DNA of 64,000 bases from Pseudomonadota bacterium (GCA_041178425.1 JBEGVH010000040.1:114998-178997), one strand, 5' to 3'. Positions 10,243 to 20,606 are shown, counted from the stretch's first letter. The notes: generated by a model from the sequence alone, not told the origin. Translations and numbers: made by a program.

Positions 10243-11229
10243 TTAGCGAGTCATTCGTTTTAGTTTATAAATAAGATCCCATTTGGGGGCGAACTTGGCG
10301 ATTTCATCGCAAGAAAATGTCACGTAAACGCCGGTCTCTTCCATTATTTTTTCAGAAATTACCTTTTTTTCAATCAATGAGTTGACGTCGTCCATCCGAA
10401 CAAGAAAATCGAGTTCTTTCATAGACTCATCTTGCATGTCTTTCAGAGAGAGCTTTACTAATCCTTTTGCGTTAGGAGTTAACTTTTGTCCAAAATGAAG
10501 GACCGCTTTTAGAATGGTCAGCTCATCTTCTCTTATTAGAATTCGATCTTTTTCTTGTTTAAAAAGCCAATCGTTGTACCAATCGACAAATTCGAACAGT
10601 TGATCGGGCTTTTTATTGACGATCTTTTGTTTGCCTTCGCCTAAATCTTCTACCGAGAATAAACCAATTTCATTGAGGGCAGAAAGAAGCTTTTCCATTT
10701 TGTGGGTGGCTTCTTGAAAGATCTGAATCGTGTAATTACGCAAGCGAAACTGTGGAACGATTAGGCCATCTTCGGTGCTTTGTCCATAACGGTGACCCAC
10801 AAAATTCAAAATAGAGAGTAATTTGTTAATGGTATGTGGGGGGAAGAGATCCTCTTCTCCGGGTGGTTTTTCGAGGTTTTTAATTCGCATATTCGCTTCA
10901 CGAAGATGGTCGTTGACCGTTCTCATGACGGCCTTGCACCACTCAGGAAAGTTTTGAAATTGTGCGTGTAGCGCTTTAAACGGAAGTACAATCACCTCGG
11001 AATCTTTGATGGCTTTCACAGAGGCGCTGCGGGGGCGACCGTCAAAAAAGGCCATTTCGCCCACCATCGAGCCAGGCCCTAATTCGGCGAGAATGATTTC
11101 ATTGGTATTTTTAGCTTTAGTAACAGCGAGACGGCCGCCTTTAACAACGTACATGGCGTCGGATGGATCTCCATCGCGAAAAAGGTAATGGCCTGCAGGT
11201 ATCTTTACTGATGCTGAAGACAAACTCAT
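10243..11229 (-). CDS. Cyclic-nucleotide-binding (Crp/Fnr-type cNMP domain) protein
   Basis: LFRDGD...YVVKGG...GEMAFFDGRPRSASV is a canonical cNMP cassette; long C-terminal region unassigned. Confidence 0.85.
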   Translation of the reverse strand: MSLSSASVKIPAGHYLFRDGDPSDAMYVVKGGRLAVTKAKNTNEIILAELGPGSMVGEMAFFDGRPRSASVKAIKDSEVIVLPFKALHAQFQNFPEWCKAVMRTVNDHLREANMRIKNLEKPPGEEDLFPPHTINKLLSILNFVGHRYGQSTEDGLIVPQFRLRNYTIQIFQEATHKMEKLLSALNEIGLFSVEDLGEGKQKIVNKKPDQLFEFVDWYNDWLFKQEKDRILIREDELTILKAVLHFGQKLTPNAKGLVKLSLKDMQDESMKELDFLVRMDDVNSLIEKKVISEKIMEETGVYVTFSCDEIAKFAPKWDLIYKLKRMTR

Positions 11230-11286
11230 CTCCCCATAATGAAAGGAAGTTTCCTCTTACTATTGTGGGGGAGTGTTAGTTGTGGG

Positions 11287-11952
11287 TCAAATGCCTTTCA
11301 GTGGAATGGGACGAACATCGGTAGCCACTCGACAATGACCCTCGGTGGCTTTAACGACCTGTTCAATACTGAGGTCAGGGGCATGCTCGAGAAGCACAAA
11401 TTCCCCCTTTTCAATTTTAAACACACCGTAGTCGGTAAAAACCTGATCAATGCACGATCGTCCGGTGAGAGGGAGATCGCATTTCTTAAGGAGTTTCGAA
11501 TTTCCATCCTTATCGGTCTGTTGCATCGCTACAAGAACTCGTTTGGCTCCTGCCACAAGGTCCATAGCGCCGCCCATACCTTTGACCATTTTACCCGGAA
11601 TCATCCAGTTCGCGATATTACCTTCTTGGTCCACCTGCATTGCACCCAAGATGGTAAGATCGACGTGACCACCTCGGATCATGGCGAAGCTATCGGCGCT
11701 CGAAAAAAAACTTGCACCAGGAATGGCCGTAATAGTTTGTTTTCCAGCATTGATGAGGTCGGGATCAATGTCAGTTTCGCGAGGAAAAGGGCCAATCCCT
11801 AAAAGGCCGTTCTCGCTTTGCAAAAACACTCCTGAATCTGCGGGAAGAAAGTTGGCGACCAGAGTCGGAATTCCGATTCCTAAATTGACCACGCTACCCG
11901 CAGGGACTTCTAAAGCTAATCGTTGCGCAAGTTGTTCTCGATTGAGTGGCAT
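11287..11952 (-). CDS. scoB: 3-oxoacid CoA-transferase subunit B
   Basis: VNLGIGIPT, catalytic SENG, GMGGAMDLV. Confidence 0.93.
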   Translation of the reverse strand: MPLNREQLAQRLALEVPAGSVVNLGIGIPTLVANFLPADSGVFLQSENGLLGIGPFPRETDIDPDLINAGKQTITAIPGASFFSSADSFAMIRGGHVDLTILGAMQVDQEGNIANWMIPGKMVKGMGGAMDLVAGAKRVLVAMQQTDKDGNSKLLKKCDLPLTGRSCIDQVFTDYGVFKIEKGEFVLLEHAPDLSIEQVVKATEGHCRVATDVRPIPLKGI

Positions 11953-11972
11953 ATTAAATCCTCAAAAAAATA

Positions 11973-12674
11973 TTATTTACTAATCGTACGCTGTTCGATT
12001 CGTTTTTGATAATTGGTACCTTGAATGATACGTTGAACAAAGACACCCGGGGTATGGATTTGATCTGGGTCTAACTCGCCAACTTCAACAAGCTCTTCAA
12101 CCTCAGCAATTGTTATCTTTCCTGCGGTGGCTACCATAGGATTAAAGTTTCGCGCCGTTTTTCTGAAGATGAGATTGCCAAACTTATCGCCCTTCCAGGC
12201 TTTGACAAGAGCAAAGTCTCCAGTGATTCCTTTTTCAAGAACGTAGTGACGTCCGTTAAATTCGCGGGTTTCTTTGCCTTCGGCCACAAGGGTTCCGTAT
12301 CCTGTGGGCGTGTAGAAAGCAGGAATTCCAGCTCCGCCCGCACGCAAACGCTCGGCGAGAGTTCCTTGGGGTGTTAATTCCACTTCTAGTTCGCCACTCA
12401 TGTATTGTTTTTCAAAAGTGGCGTTCTCACCCACATAACTAGAAACCATTTTGCGAATTTGTTTAGTTTGCAAGAGAAGGCCCAGGCCCCAATCATCAAC
12501 ACCCGCATTGTTAGAAACGCAAGTGAGTCCCTTCGCTCCTGAGTCGCGAAGAGCAATGATGAGATTTTCGGGAATTCCGCAAAGGCCAAAACCGCCAACT
12601 AATACCGTCATATTGTCGGCGATGCCTTCGAGTGCCGCTTTCGCATTAGGGTAAACCTTTTTGAATGCGGACAT
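11973..12674 (-). CDS. scoA: 3-oxoacid CoA-transferase subunit A
   Basis: [34 protein letters not shown]. Confidence 0.93.
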   Translation of the reverse strand: MSAFKKVYPNAKAALEGIADNMTVLVGGFGLCGIPENLIIALRDSGAKGLTCVSNNAGVDDWGLGLLLQTKQIRKMVSSYVGENATFEKQYMSGELEVELTPQGTLAERLRAGGAGIPAFYTPTGYGTLVAEGKETREFNGRHYVLEKGITGDFALVKAWKGDKFGNLIFRKTARNFNPMVATAGKITIAEVEELVEVGELDPDQIHTPGVFVQRIIQGTNYQKRIEQRTISK

Positions 12675-12678
12675 AGTC

Positions 12679-13860
12679 TTAGATCTCCGTTTTTTCGATA
12701 ATCATAGCAACGGCCTCGCCGCCACCAATACAGAGAGTGGCTAGTCCGTATTTTTTCTTATGAGTATGAAGAGCATGTGTTAGCGTCGTCAGAACGCGAG
12801 CTCCGCTAGCTCCAATCGGATGGCCAAGAGCTACGGCTCCACCATGGGGATTAACTTTCTCTGCCGCGATGTTGAGTTCTTTCATCGCCACCATTGTTAC
12901 TACGGCAAAGGCTTCATTGATTTCCCAGAAATCAATATCATTGACGCTGAGTTTGGCCATTTGAAGTGCTTTTTTGATGGCACCAACAGGAGCTGTTGTG
13001 AACCACTTTGGATCTTGAGCAAAGGTGGCATAACTCACAATTTTTGCTAAGGGCTTCAGGGAGCGTGCTTTCACCTGTGATCCAGACATTAGAACCAAGG
13101 CACTGGCACCATCATTAATTTTACTGGCGTTAGCGGCGGTAATGGTTCCTTGTTTATCGAAGGCGGGCTTCAAGCCGGTCATTTTATCGAAGCGGGCGTT
13201 GCCTGGCTCTTCATCTTTATCGATGGTGACTGTGTCTTTCTTGCCTGCAATAGAAAGATTAATAATTTCGTTCTTAAAAAGACCTTCTGATTGAGCCTTT
13301 TGTGCTTTCTTATAGCTGTCGATGGCGAATTCGTCTTGGCCTTCTCGAGTAAAGTTATGCTCCTTCACGCAAAGTTCTCCGGCATTTCCCATATGCCAGT
13401 TGTTGTAAGGATCCCAGAGACCATCCTTAATCATCGAATCGATGAGAGATACATTTCCCATGCGATATCCAAGGCGGGAATTTTCCATTAGGTGGGGGGT
13501 TTGCGACATATTTTCTTGTCCGCCCGAAACAACGATGAGCTCAGGGTTCAAACGAATGGCATCGGCGCCGAGCATTACCGCTTTGAGGCCTGATCCACAA
13601 ACTTTGTTGATAGTTAAACAAGCGACAGATGTTGGTAAGCCCGCATGAATGGCTGATTGGCGTGCGGGGGCTTGGCCGACTCCGGCGGTAAGAACTTGGC
13701 CCATGATACATTCAGAGATGTCTTCGGGTTTTACTTGACTCCGAGCGATAGCTTCTTTGATGGCAGCGGCGCCCAGCTGGGGAGCACTTAAGGTGCTCAG
13801 AGTTCCTTGAAAAGATCCGATGGGGGTGCGAACAGCACTTGTAATATAAACATTTTCCAT
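12679..13860 (-). CDS. atoB: Acetyl-CoA C-acetyltransferase (thiolase)
   Basis: [25 protein letters not shown]. Confidence 0.93.
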   Translation of the reverse strand: MENVYITSAVRTPIGSFQGTLSTLSAPQLGAAAIKEAIARSQVKPEDISECIMGQVLTAGVGQAPARQSAIHAGLPTSVACLTINKVCGSGLKAVMLGADAIRLNPELIVVSGGQENMSQTPHLMENSRLGYRMGNVSLIDSMIKDGLWDPYNNWHMGNAGELCVKEHNFTREGQDEFAIDSYKKAQKAQSEGLFKNEIINLSIAGKKDTVTIDKDEEPGNARFDKMTGLKPAFDKQGTITAANASKINDGASALVLMSGSQVKARSLKPLAKIVSYATFAQDPKWFTTAPVGAIKKALQMAKLSVNDIDFWEINEAFAVVTMVAMKELNIAAEKVNPHGGAVALGHPIGASGARVLTTLTHALHTHKKKYGLATLCIGGGEAVAMIIEKTEI

Positions 13861-13943
13861 TGATGATCTCCTTATGCCTGTGGGTGGAGTAAAGTTTTGT
13901 TGGAGTCCACCGAGTTTTCAAAGTTTTGTCAAGGAGGAAGGTC

Positions 13944-14894
13944 ATGAGAGCTCTGCGATGGTTTTCTGCTGCGAGCATTTATTTTTTAAGTTCAGTTTTA
14001 TTGGCAATGGATTGGGAGATTCCTTCTTCTGGTGTACAGGTTGTCCAAGTTCGAGCGCGCGCAGCAAAAGTGGTGGTTGAAAAAAATCATGGAAGCACCA
14101 TCCGCGTTTCGATTTCAGGCCTGGGCGAACAATCGTGGCAACACGAATTGCAAACTTCGAACTTATTAATTTCTGGCCCTGAGGATCTCGGAACTACCGA
14201 AGAAACAAAAATAACCTTGGGAATTCCCGATTCAATCACTCAGACGCAGTTAGTTTTTGAAGATATCCGAGCTGACCTCAAGTCAGTCTCGCGGTTGGTT
14301 GTGACTGCTCTCAAGGGGAGAATCTCTGTGAGTGCGGCTGGCGAGAACGTGAAGTTTTTCATGGAGAAGGGTGAAATCATCAGTGCTCAGCATTTGGGCT
14401 CCATGGAAATTGAGAGTTATGGAGGAAAAATCACGATTAACGATGGGCAAGGCCCTTTGAAAATCAGACTTTTTGGTGGCGATTTAGCAGTGACTAAAAG
14501 TCAGGGAAGTATCAATCTGGAAAGTAACGCATCTTCGGCAAAAATCAACGGACTCCAGGGCAACCTATCGCTTCTCTGGGGAAAAGGAACATTTCAATTG
14601 ATGGATTTTAGTGGGCGATTTGAAGGGGTCAGTCGCGATGGGCAGCTACAACTTCAATTAAAACCAGAGGCGATGGTTGATCTCCAAGCGGAGCGAGGCA
14701 AGGTTAACATTAATTTACCGTCAGACAGTGGTGCCGCTGTGAATGTAAGAACGGTGAGTGGAAGCCTTAGTGTTCCAGGGCCCATTAAATCAGGAAGAGA
14801 GGGGCGATTCCGAGTGGCCCGTGGTAAATTGGTGGGCGCCTCAAAAGGAAGCATAACGATTCGATCGGATGATGCCTCCGTTGGAATCAGATAG
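13944..14894 (+). CDS. Secreted DUF4097/adhesin-like beta-strand repeat protein
   Basis: AGGAGG RBS before ATG 13944; signal peptide; repeated G-x-[IL]-x-[IL] beta-solenoid units. Confidence 0.7.
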   Translation: MRALRWFSAASIYFLSSVLLAMDWEIPSSGVQVVQVRARAAKVVVEKNHGSTIRVSISGLGEQSWQHELQTSNLLISGPEDLGTTEETKITLGIPDSITQTQLVFEDIRADLKSVSRLVVTALKGRISVSAAGENVKFFMEKGEIISAQHLGSMEIESYGGKITINDGQGPLKIRLFGGDLAVTKSQGSINLESNASSAKINGLQGNLSLLWGKGTFQLMDFSGRFEGVSRDGQLQLQLKPEAMVDLQAERGKVNINLPSDSGAAVNVRTVSGSLSVPGPIKSGREGRFRVARGKLVGASKGSITIRSDDASVGIR

Positions 14895-14947
14895 TTTTGA
14901 TCAAATCCATTGACAGAGACCTAAAAATAACACAAGCATCGAAGACT

Positions 14948-15892
14948 ATGGGAAAATCGACTCAAAAATCAGCTAAAAAAGATTCAAAATCAGCCAAGGT
15001 GTCTGCCAAAGCGGCAGCACCTAAAAAAGCCGTGAAGGCTGCGCCTAAAAAAGCCGTTGATAAAAAGGCTTTAGATAAAAAAGCAGCCGATAAAAAAGCG
15101 GCGAAAGCACCTGTCAAGGGGGCGTCAAAAGGGGCTATAAAACCGGCTACCAAAAAAGGTCCGGCTCCGAAGACGGTTGTTAAACCTCCAGTGGCTTCTA
15201 AAAAAGTAGAAGCTAAAAAAACCGTCCCAGCGAAAGTCGAAGAACCGAAAAAAGGTAAGGCACCAAAAACTCCAGCACCCGCGGCTCCGGCCCCTACTAA
15301 ACCTGCCAAAGCGGCATCGAAAAAGAAAGGTGCTGCCAAAAAGGAAGAATTTGAGCTCGAAGACGACTTGGTAGGTGAGGGTGATGATTTTGCTTCTGAT
15401 GAACTTTCCGAGTATCAAGCTGAGTTAGAGAGTGCTGAAGAAGAAGTTGAAGAGAAAGAACTTCCCATAGAAGAGACGCCTGTGGTGGTTGCACCAACTT
15501 CGATTAAAGAAAAAGGCGACGATATTATTCTCACGGATGCTGAAGGGCGCCGTTACTGTCGTGTGAAGGACTGTGATCAAGTAGCAACAGTCGATGGGTA
15601 TTGCCGTTTTCACTACCTTCTTTTGTGGAAAAAAATCCAAGTTCGTAAGAAGATTCTAACCGATGGTAAACTTGAACGTTACATCGAAGAATTGACGTCT
15701 CGTTATCCAGATAAGTTTTTAGAAGTTATCCGTCGTGATTTGCGAACAGAAAAAGATTTCGTTTCTGCCATCCAAGAAATGGAAATTGATGAATCTGGCG
15801 GCGATAGTGATTTTGAAGATGAGTCATCTAACTTCATTGAAGAAGTACGCGGCGCATCTCCCGAAGGAATTGTGGAAGACGACGAATACTAG
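14948..15892 (+). CDS. Hypothetical protein: Lys/Ala/Pro-rich N-terminus, acidic linker, Cys3His putative Zn-finger, acidic tail
   Basis: Composition plus CRVKDC...YCRFH; followed by a strong terminator. Confidence 0.75.
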   Translation: MGKSTQKSAKKDSKSAKVSAKAAAPKKAVKAAPKKAVDKKALDKKAADKKAAKAPVKGASKGAIKPATKKGPAPKTVVKPPVASKKVEAKKTVPAKVEEPKKGKAPKTPAPAAPAPTKPAKAASKKKGAAKKEEFELEDDLVGEGDDFASDELSEYQAELESAEEEVEEKELPIEETPVVVAPTSIKEKGDDIILTDAEGRRYCRVKDCDQVATVDGYCRFHYLLLWKKIQVRKKILTDGKLERYIEELTSRYPDKFLEVIRRDLRTEKDFVSAIQEMEIDESGGDSDFEDESSNFIEEVRGASPEGIVEDDEY

Positions 15893-15915
15893 GGTCTTTA
15901 GAAATTTAGTTTCAC

Positions 15916-15950
15916 AAAAAAAAAGGGTGCTGAGGAAGCACCCTTTTTTT
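15916..15950. terminator. Bidirectional intrinsic terminator
   Basis: A9-GGGTGCT-gagga-AGCACCC-T7 between convergent genes. Confidence 0.9.
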
Positions 15951-15969
15951 ATTCTCTTGATTGCAGGTT

Positions 15970-16596
15970 TTAATGCTTTACCGTGTTGGAGTCATAATTT
16001 TGGCAATGCCCTGAGTCTTCATCCTCTTCAGTGCCATCATCGCCTTCGAAATTAAGGTCATCGAGATCATCCGCTTCATCGTCTTCTGGGCTCACCTGAA
16101 TACGCTCCTCGACAACGTAGTCGAGAGCGTCTTGGCTTTCTTGTTCATGAACCAGTTCGCTGTCAAGGGATCCTAAGAGTCTATCGGCCTCAGCCTCAAG
16201 GTCTGTATTCACTGTGGTGTATTGCACGAACAAGGGTGTGCCCTCGAATTTGAACTCCGTCCATTGGCGAGGAAAGTCCGCCTCACCATCGAAATCAAAA
16301 TACTCAGCCATCATCGACGCTGCCGCTTCAATACAATGGTGCATCACTTTTTTGGCATTTTGAGCTTCGGGATTGTAGTGGGCTGAAATTTCAAAATTAT
16401 CCTGTTTTAAGCTACCCTCCGTGCGAATTCCAAGGCGAAAGAGGATCTCCTCGGGGTAGATACGGCCGTCGAGATGGAGGCCTGCGCCTTCGATGAGGTT
16501 TTCTTCAAAAGTTTCGGCAACAAGGTCTTGTACCTGCTCGAGGAACTCTGGTGGGAAATTTGTCCATGTTTTCGAGTTACTGAGGCGTGGATTCAT
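15970..16596 (-). CDS. Acidic hypothetical protein
   Basis: AAGGAG RBS before ATG 16596 (MNPRLSNS); the longer ORF start overlaps miaB. Confidence 0.7.
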   Translation of the reverse strand: MNPRLSNSKTWTNFPPEFLEQVQDLVAETFEENLIEGAGLHLDGRIYPEEILFRLGIRTEGSLKQDNFEISAHYNPEAQNAKKVMHHCIEAAASMMAEYFDFDGEADFPRQWTEFKFEGTPLFVQYTTVNTDLEAEADRLLGSLDSELVHEQESQDALDYVVEERIQVSPEDDEADDLDDLNFEGDDGTEEDEDSGHCQNYDSNTVKH

Positions 16597-16691
16597 CGTA
16601 TTTTCTCCTTGGCGTTGACCCGTTTGAAGGAATGTCTTATAAAGCATGATCAAATTTGAGGCAATGCGAAATTTCGTGCCAGGAGGAATTC

Positions 16692-18065
16692 TTGATCGAA
16701 ACTCAACCAGCGGATTCAGTCGTTCCCAAAACCCAATACTCCAACCATGATATCGGTCAAGGCCGTGGGGTTTATGTTTCAACCTATGGTTGTCAGATGA
16801 ACGTCAATGATTCTGAGAGGATGTATGCCCTATTAGAAATGGCTAATTTCGTACCAGTGCCTGCTCCAGAGCAAGCGTCGCTGATCATCATCAATTCTTG
16901 CAGTGTTCGTGAAAAGCCAGTTCATAAAGTTTTTTCTGAAGTTGGCACTTTTCGTAAACTCCGTGAAAAAAATCCTAGTTTAAAAATCGGGGTCGGAGGG
17001 TGTGTAGGCTCTCAAGAAAAAGCTAATCTGGTAAAAAAACAGCCTATGATCGATTTCGTATTTGGAACCGATAATATCGATCAGTTGCCTTCGATCATTG
17101 CCAAGGTTTATGAGTCCGATAAAGCTACAATTCAAACGAGTTTCGAGCATAGAGCGCCATACTATATTGAAACTCTGGTGAGAAATCCTGGTGTGGCTTC
17201 TTTCGTGAACGTAACAAAGGGCTGTGATAATTTCTGTACCTTCTGTGTTGTACCTTACACGCGAGGGCGTGAAAAATCGCGTCCCTATGAGCATGTCATA
17301 AAAGATGTCAATGAACTCACGGCCCGAGGAGTGAAAGAGGTTACTCTTTTAGGACAAAATGTAAACTCCTATGAGTCGGAATGCGGAAAGGATTTTGCTG
17401 ACCTTCTGAAAGGCCTGGCTGTTGAAACTAAAATTGAGCGCATTCGCTATATGACGAGCCATCCAAAAGATTTTGATGAAAAGCTCATGCAAGTAATGGC
17501 GGATCACCAAACTAAAATTTGTGAATACATTCACTTGCCCGTTCAAAGTGGAAGCACTCGCATTCTCGAAAAAATGAATCGCGGCTATAGTCGTGAGGAG
17601 TATCTCGCAAAGATTGCTCAGATTAAAAAAATTATTCCTAATGTTGTGCTTTCAACAGATATCATTGTTGGCTTTCCGGGCGAATCCGAAGAAGACTTTC
17701 AAGATACGGTGAATATGATAAAAGAAGTCGGTTATGAGACCATCTTTGCTTATAAGTATTCACCGCGACCATTCACTAAAGCGGCGCGTTTTGAAGATCA
17801 AGTTCCAGAAGACGTAAAAGATCGTCGATTGAGCGAGCTCTTTGATTTTCACAACGCCATGGGGTTTGAATTAGTGAAGCGATACGAGGGTCAGGTTTTA
17901 CAAGTCCTTGTTGAGAGTTTTTCTGAAGAGCGAGGAAATCTACACGGACGTTCAATACAAAATAAAAATGTTTACTTTAATGGCCCCAAAGAACTCGTTG
18001 GGCAAACGGTGCCCGTTCGAATCACTCGAGCCGCTCCTGCCACTTTCCGTGGAGAAATGGTGTGA
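16692..18065 (+). CDS. miaB: tRNA-2-methylthio-N6-dimethylallyladenosine synthase
   Basis: TYGCQMN, NSCSVRE, radical SAM CDNFCTFC, C-terminal TRAM domain; AGGAGG before TTG 16692. Confidence 0.95.
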   Translation: MIETQPADSVVPKTQYSNHDIGQGRGVYVSTYGCQMNVNDSERMYALLEMANFVPVPAPEQASLIIINSCSVREKPVHKVFSEVGTFRKLREKNPSLKIGVGGCVGSQEKANLVKKQPMIDFVFGTDNIDQLPSIIAKVYESDKATIQTSFEHRAPYYIETLVRNPGVASFVNVTKGCDNFCTFCVVPYTRGREKSRPYEHVIKDVNELTARGVKEVTLLGQNVNSYESECGKDFADLLKGLAVETKIERIRYMTSHPKDFDEKLMQVMADHQTKICEYIHLPVQSGSTRILEKMNRGYSREEYLAKIAQIKKIIPNVVLSTDIIVGFPGESEEDFQDTVNMIKEVGYETIFAYKYSPRPFTKAARFEDQVPEDVKDRRLSELFDFHNAMGFELVKRYEGQVLQVLVESFSEERGNLHGRSIQNKNVYFNGPKELVGQTVPVRITRAAPATFRGEMV

Positions 18066-18067
18066 TT

Positions 18068-18628
18068 ATGAAAGAAGATATCAAGATTCCAGAAACCCTC
18101 ACTCAGTTTTTATTCCATCAACCCCTTGATGAGAACGAGTCGATATCAGACAATGAACTCATCGAAGTACTTCCCTATGGATTATCAGTGGGCCCAGAAA
18201 TGGGGCAGTCCATTCTTATTCTCAAGGCCGTCAAGCAGGATCTCACTTTGCCAATTCCGGTAAACCCCCTCGAAGCAGGAATTACTCTGGCTCAATCGAA
18301 TAAGACGATTGCACCAGTGAGCCCTCATAAGGCGACGGCGGCTCTTTTTAAAGCTCTTGGAATGACCATTGAAAAATGCGTTTTTGTTGAAATCAAAAAC
18401 TCACATCAATATGTGAAGCTCTTTATTACGGGGCACCCAGAAGTGCGTTCACTAAAAGTAAAAGCTGAGGATGTGTTGTCTCTTTGCCTTTATTTAGAAG
18501 TTCCGTTGTATTCGACGCGAGAATTCATTGCTCGAAGTCGGGTGATGGTGGCAGAAATTGATGAGCAGCGACGTGAGTTAATGAGTAATCCTGCGATTGC
18601 TTCCAAAAAACATCTATATATGAATTAA
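18068..18628 (+). CDS. Bifunctional nuclease (DUF151)-like protein, divergent
   Basis: ILILK...LPIPVNPLEAG pattern and the familiar position just downstream of miaB. Confidence 0.6.
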   Translation: MKEDIKIPETLTQFLFHQPLDENESISDNELIEVLPYGLSVGPEMGQSILILKAVKQDLTLPIPVNPLEAGITLAQSNKTIAPVSPHKATAALFKALGMTIEKCVFVEIKNSHQYVKLFITGHPEVRSLKVKAEDVLSLCLYLEVPLYSTREFIARSRVMVAEIDEQRRELMSNPAIASKKHLYMN

Positions 18629-18656
18629 ATCTCGGTTTTTTTAAGGGGGCGCACTC

Positions 18657-19163
18657 ATGGAAATTCCTTGTCGAGGATCGAAGCCAAAGCTAGAGGCCAA
18701 TGTGTTTATTGCCGACGGAGCCAAGATTGTTGGAGATGTTCAAATTGGTGAACAGAGCTCGATCTGGTTCAATGCGGTTCTTCGTGGCGATGTTGCGCCC
18801 ATCAAAATTGGAAAAAGAACCAACATCCAAGATAATGCCGTTGTTCATGGAACTTGGAATAAGGCGGCGGCCACAATTGGAGATGGGGTCACCATTGGAC
18901 ACACCGCTATTTTGCACGGTTGCACCATTGGTGATAATTGTTTGATTGGTATGGGTGCTATCATTATGGATCATGCCAAAGTCGGCGCAAACTCGATTGT
19001 TGGAGCTGGCTCGTTGATAACTGAGGGAAGTGAGTTTCCGGAGGGATCTTTGATATTGGGTCGTCCAGCAAAAGCGGTTCGACCACTTAAAAAAGAAGAA
19101 TTGGAATTTCTCCCAAAATCGGCAGCCAACTATATTACCTATACAAGTTGGTACAAAGATTAA
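18657..19163 (+). CDS. Gamma carbonic anhydrase family hexapeptide-repeat protein
   Basis: LRGD, NIQDNAVVH, IGHTAILHGC (three Zn-binding His). Confidence 0.92.
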   Translation: MEIPCRGSKPKLEANVFIADGAKIVGDVQIGEQSSIWFNAVLRGDVAPIKIGKRTNIQDNAVVHGTWNKAAATIGDGVTIGHTAILHGCTIGDNCLIGMGAIIMDHAKVGANSIVGAGSLITEGSEFPEGSLILGRPAKAVRPLKKEELEFLPKSAANYITYTSWYKD

Positions 19164-19179
19164 AACGGACTGGATTAAG

Positions 19180-19707
19180 TTAAAGAATTCCGAGTTTCTT
19201 CATGAGTTCGTCGATATCCTCTTGCCCCAAGGCTTCTTCTGGGTTTCCTGTATCTTCACTCACTGAGCCGCGAACGTCTTTGCCAAATTTACCTGAGATC
19301 CAGCGCAGGCGATCAAGAAAAGCGTGATTGAATAATGCTTCCATATCGAGTTTGTCTTCAGCACCCATATTGTTAACCATGGTTTCTAAAACCTCTGTAG
19401 CATCGGCTAAAAAAGCCACAGACACAGCAAGGAGATTTTCATTGTCGGTTATCTGAGAGGCTTTGTAGGCGACGGTTTTGCAGATTTCTGTATAGGCCGC
19501 AATTTGGTGGGCAATGTGATCTTCGGGTAAATCCAAGGCAATAATTTTTACTCCCCCCATGATTCGATCAACGTATTGTCCGAATGTTTCGAGGTCCTTC
19601 GCCTTTGAAAGATCATCATCAACGTGGTCAACGATCTGAAAAAGAGATTTTATTAATTCGAGAGATTCTTTTTTAAAGGATTCAATATAGTGAGTGCTAT
19701 TTGACAT
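19180..19707 (-). CDS. HPt-like helical protein with CheZ-like C-terminal peptide
   Basis: FKKESLEL...VDRIMGG resembles CheA P1/HPt; tail QEDIDELMKKLG. Confidence 0.55.
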   Translation of the reverse strand: MSNSTHYIESFKKESLELIKSLFQIVDHVDDDLSKAKDLETFGQYVDRIMGGVKIIALDLPEDHIAHQIAAYTEICKTVAYKASQITDNENLLAVSVAFLADATEVLETMVNNMGAEDKLDMEALFNHAFLDRLRWISGKFGKDVRGSVSEDTGNPEEALGQEDIDELMKKLGIL

Positions 19708-19784
19708 GCTCTCTATAGTATTTGTTTATTGGTGGGAGCGAAACTCCGAAAGCGGTATCCAAGACCTAAGGCGTGGGTCTTTTT

Positions 19785-20606
19785 CTAAGCGCCTTTCATT
19801 TGTATTATTTGTTGGATCAAAATAAAGCTTCCCATCAAGAGAACAAAATAACCAAAAGCCTTTTTAAGAAATTTTTCATCGGTTTTGGACGCCATTCGGG
19901 TTCCCAATTGTATGCCTATGGTGGCAATCAATGCCAACGTCAAAAGGAGTCTCCAATCGGGCGTTAGGCCCGTCGCAAGATTATTGGCAAACCCAAAGAG
20001 TGAGTTGATCGTAATGATGACGAGTGAGGTACCAACCGCCAATCTCATTGAAAGTCCCCGAAAAAATATGAGGGCAGGGATGATGAGAAAACCGCCACCA
20101 GCTCCGACGAGTCCAGTGACTCCACCGACGAAGATACCCTGACCAATAATAGGTAGCTTTTTCTTTGTGGCGGGTAGGTCTTGGCCCTGGGTCTTGGTTG
20201 GCTGGGGCGTAGCTTTTGCTCTGATCATCGAAATTGAGGCCAGCAGCATTAATACGGCGAATATCACCATTAGAAGTGCATCCTTGGTGAGTTGCATGGG
20301 GCCAAAGCTAAAGAGCACCGTGGGGATAGAGGGCACGATGTAGGTGCGCATGAGAAAAACCCCTGTTAGACTTGGGATCCCAAAAAGGGCCACCGTTTTA
20401 AAGTCAACGGTTCGGGAGCGCATGTACGAATAACTTCCAAGAAGGGTTGTTGCTCCAACAACAAAGAGAGAATAAACGGTGGCTGTAGCCGGTGGAACTT
20501 TGAATAAGTACACCAGAATCGGTACAGTCAGGATGGAACCACCACCACCAAGAAGTCCGAGAGTGACTCCCATAAAAACACTGGCTAGGTATCCTAAAAA
20601 AAGCAT
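19785..20606 (-). CDS. TauE/SafE family sulfite exporter
   Basis: Duplicated GLLGGGGSILTVP / GLVGAGGGFLIIP motifs, AVGTSL, about 8 TM segments. Confidence 0.9.
   Translation of the reverse strand: MLFLGYLASVFMGVTLGLLGGGGSILTVPILVYLFKVPPATATVYSLFVVGATTLLGSYSYMRSRTVDFKTVALFGIPSLTGVFLMRTYIVPSIPTVLFSFGPMQLTKDALLMVIFAVLMLLASISMIRAKATPQPTKTQGQDLPATKKKLPIIGQGIFVGGVTGLVGAGGGFLIIPALIFFRGLSMRLAVGTSLVIITINSLFGFANNLATGLTPDWRLLLTLALIATIGIQLGTRMASKTDEKFLKKAFGYFVLLMGSFILIQQIIQMKGA

Noticed and set aside
11239..11802. 187-aa plus-strand ORF and similar shadow ORFs across the window
   Set aside because: Antisense to well-supported genes such as scoB; no motifs or RBS.
14962..15339. 125-aa Ala/Phe-rich antisense ORF
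   Set aside because: Mirror of the Lys/Ala-rich coding strand.
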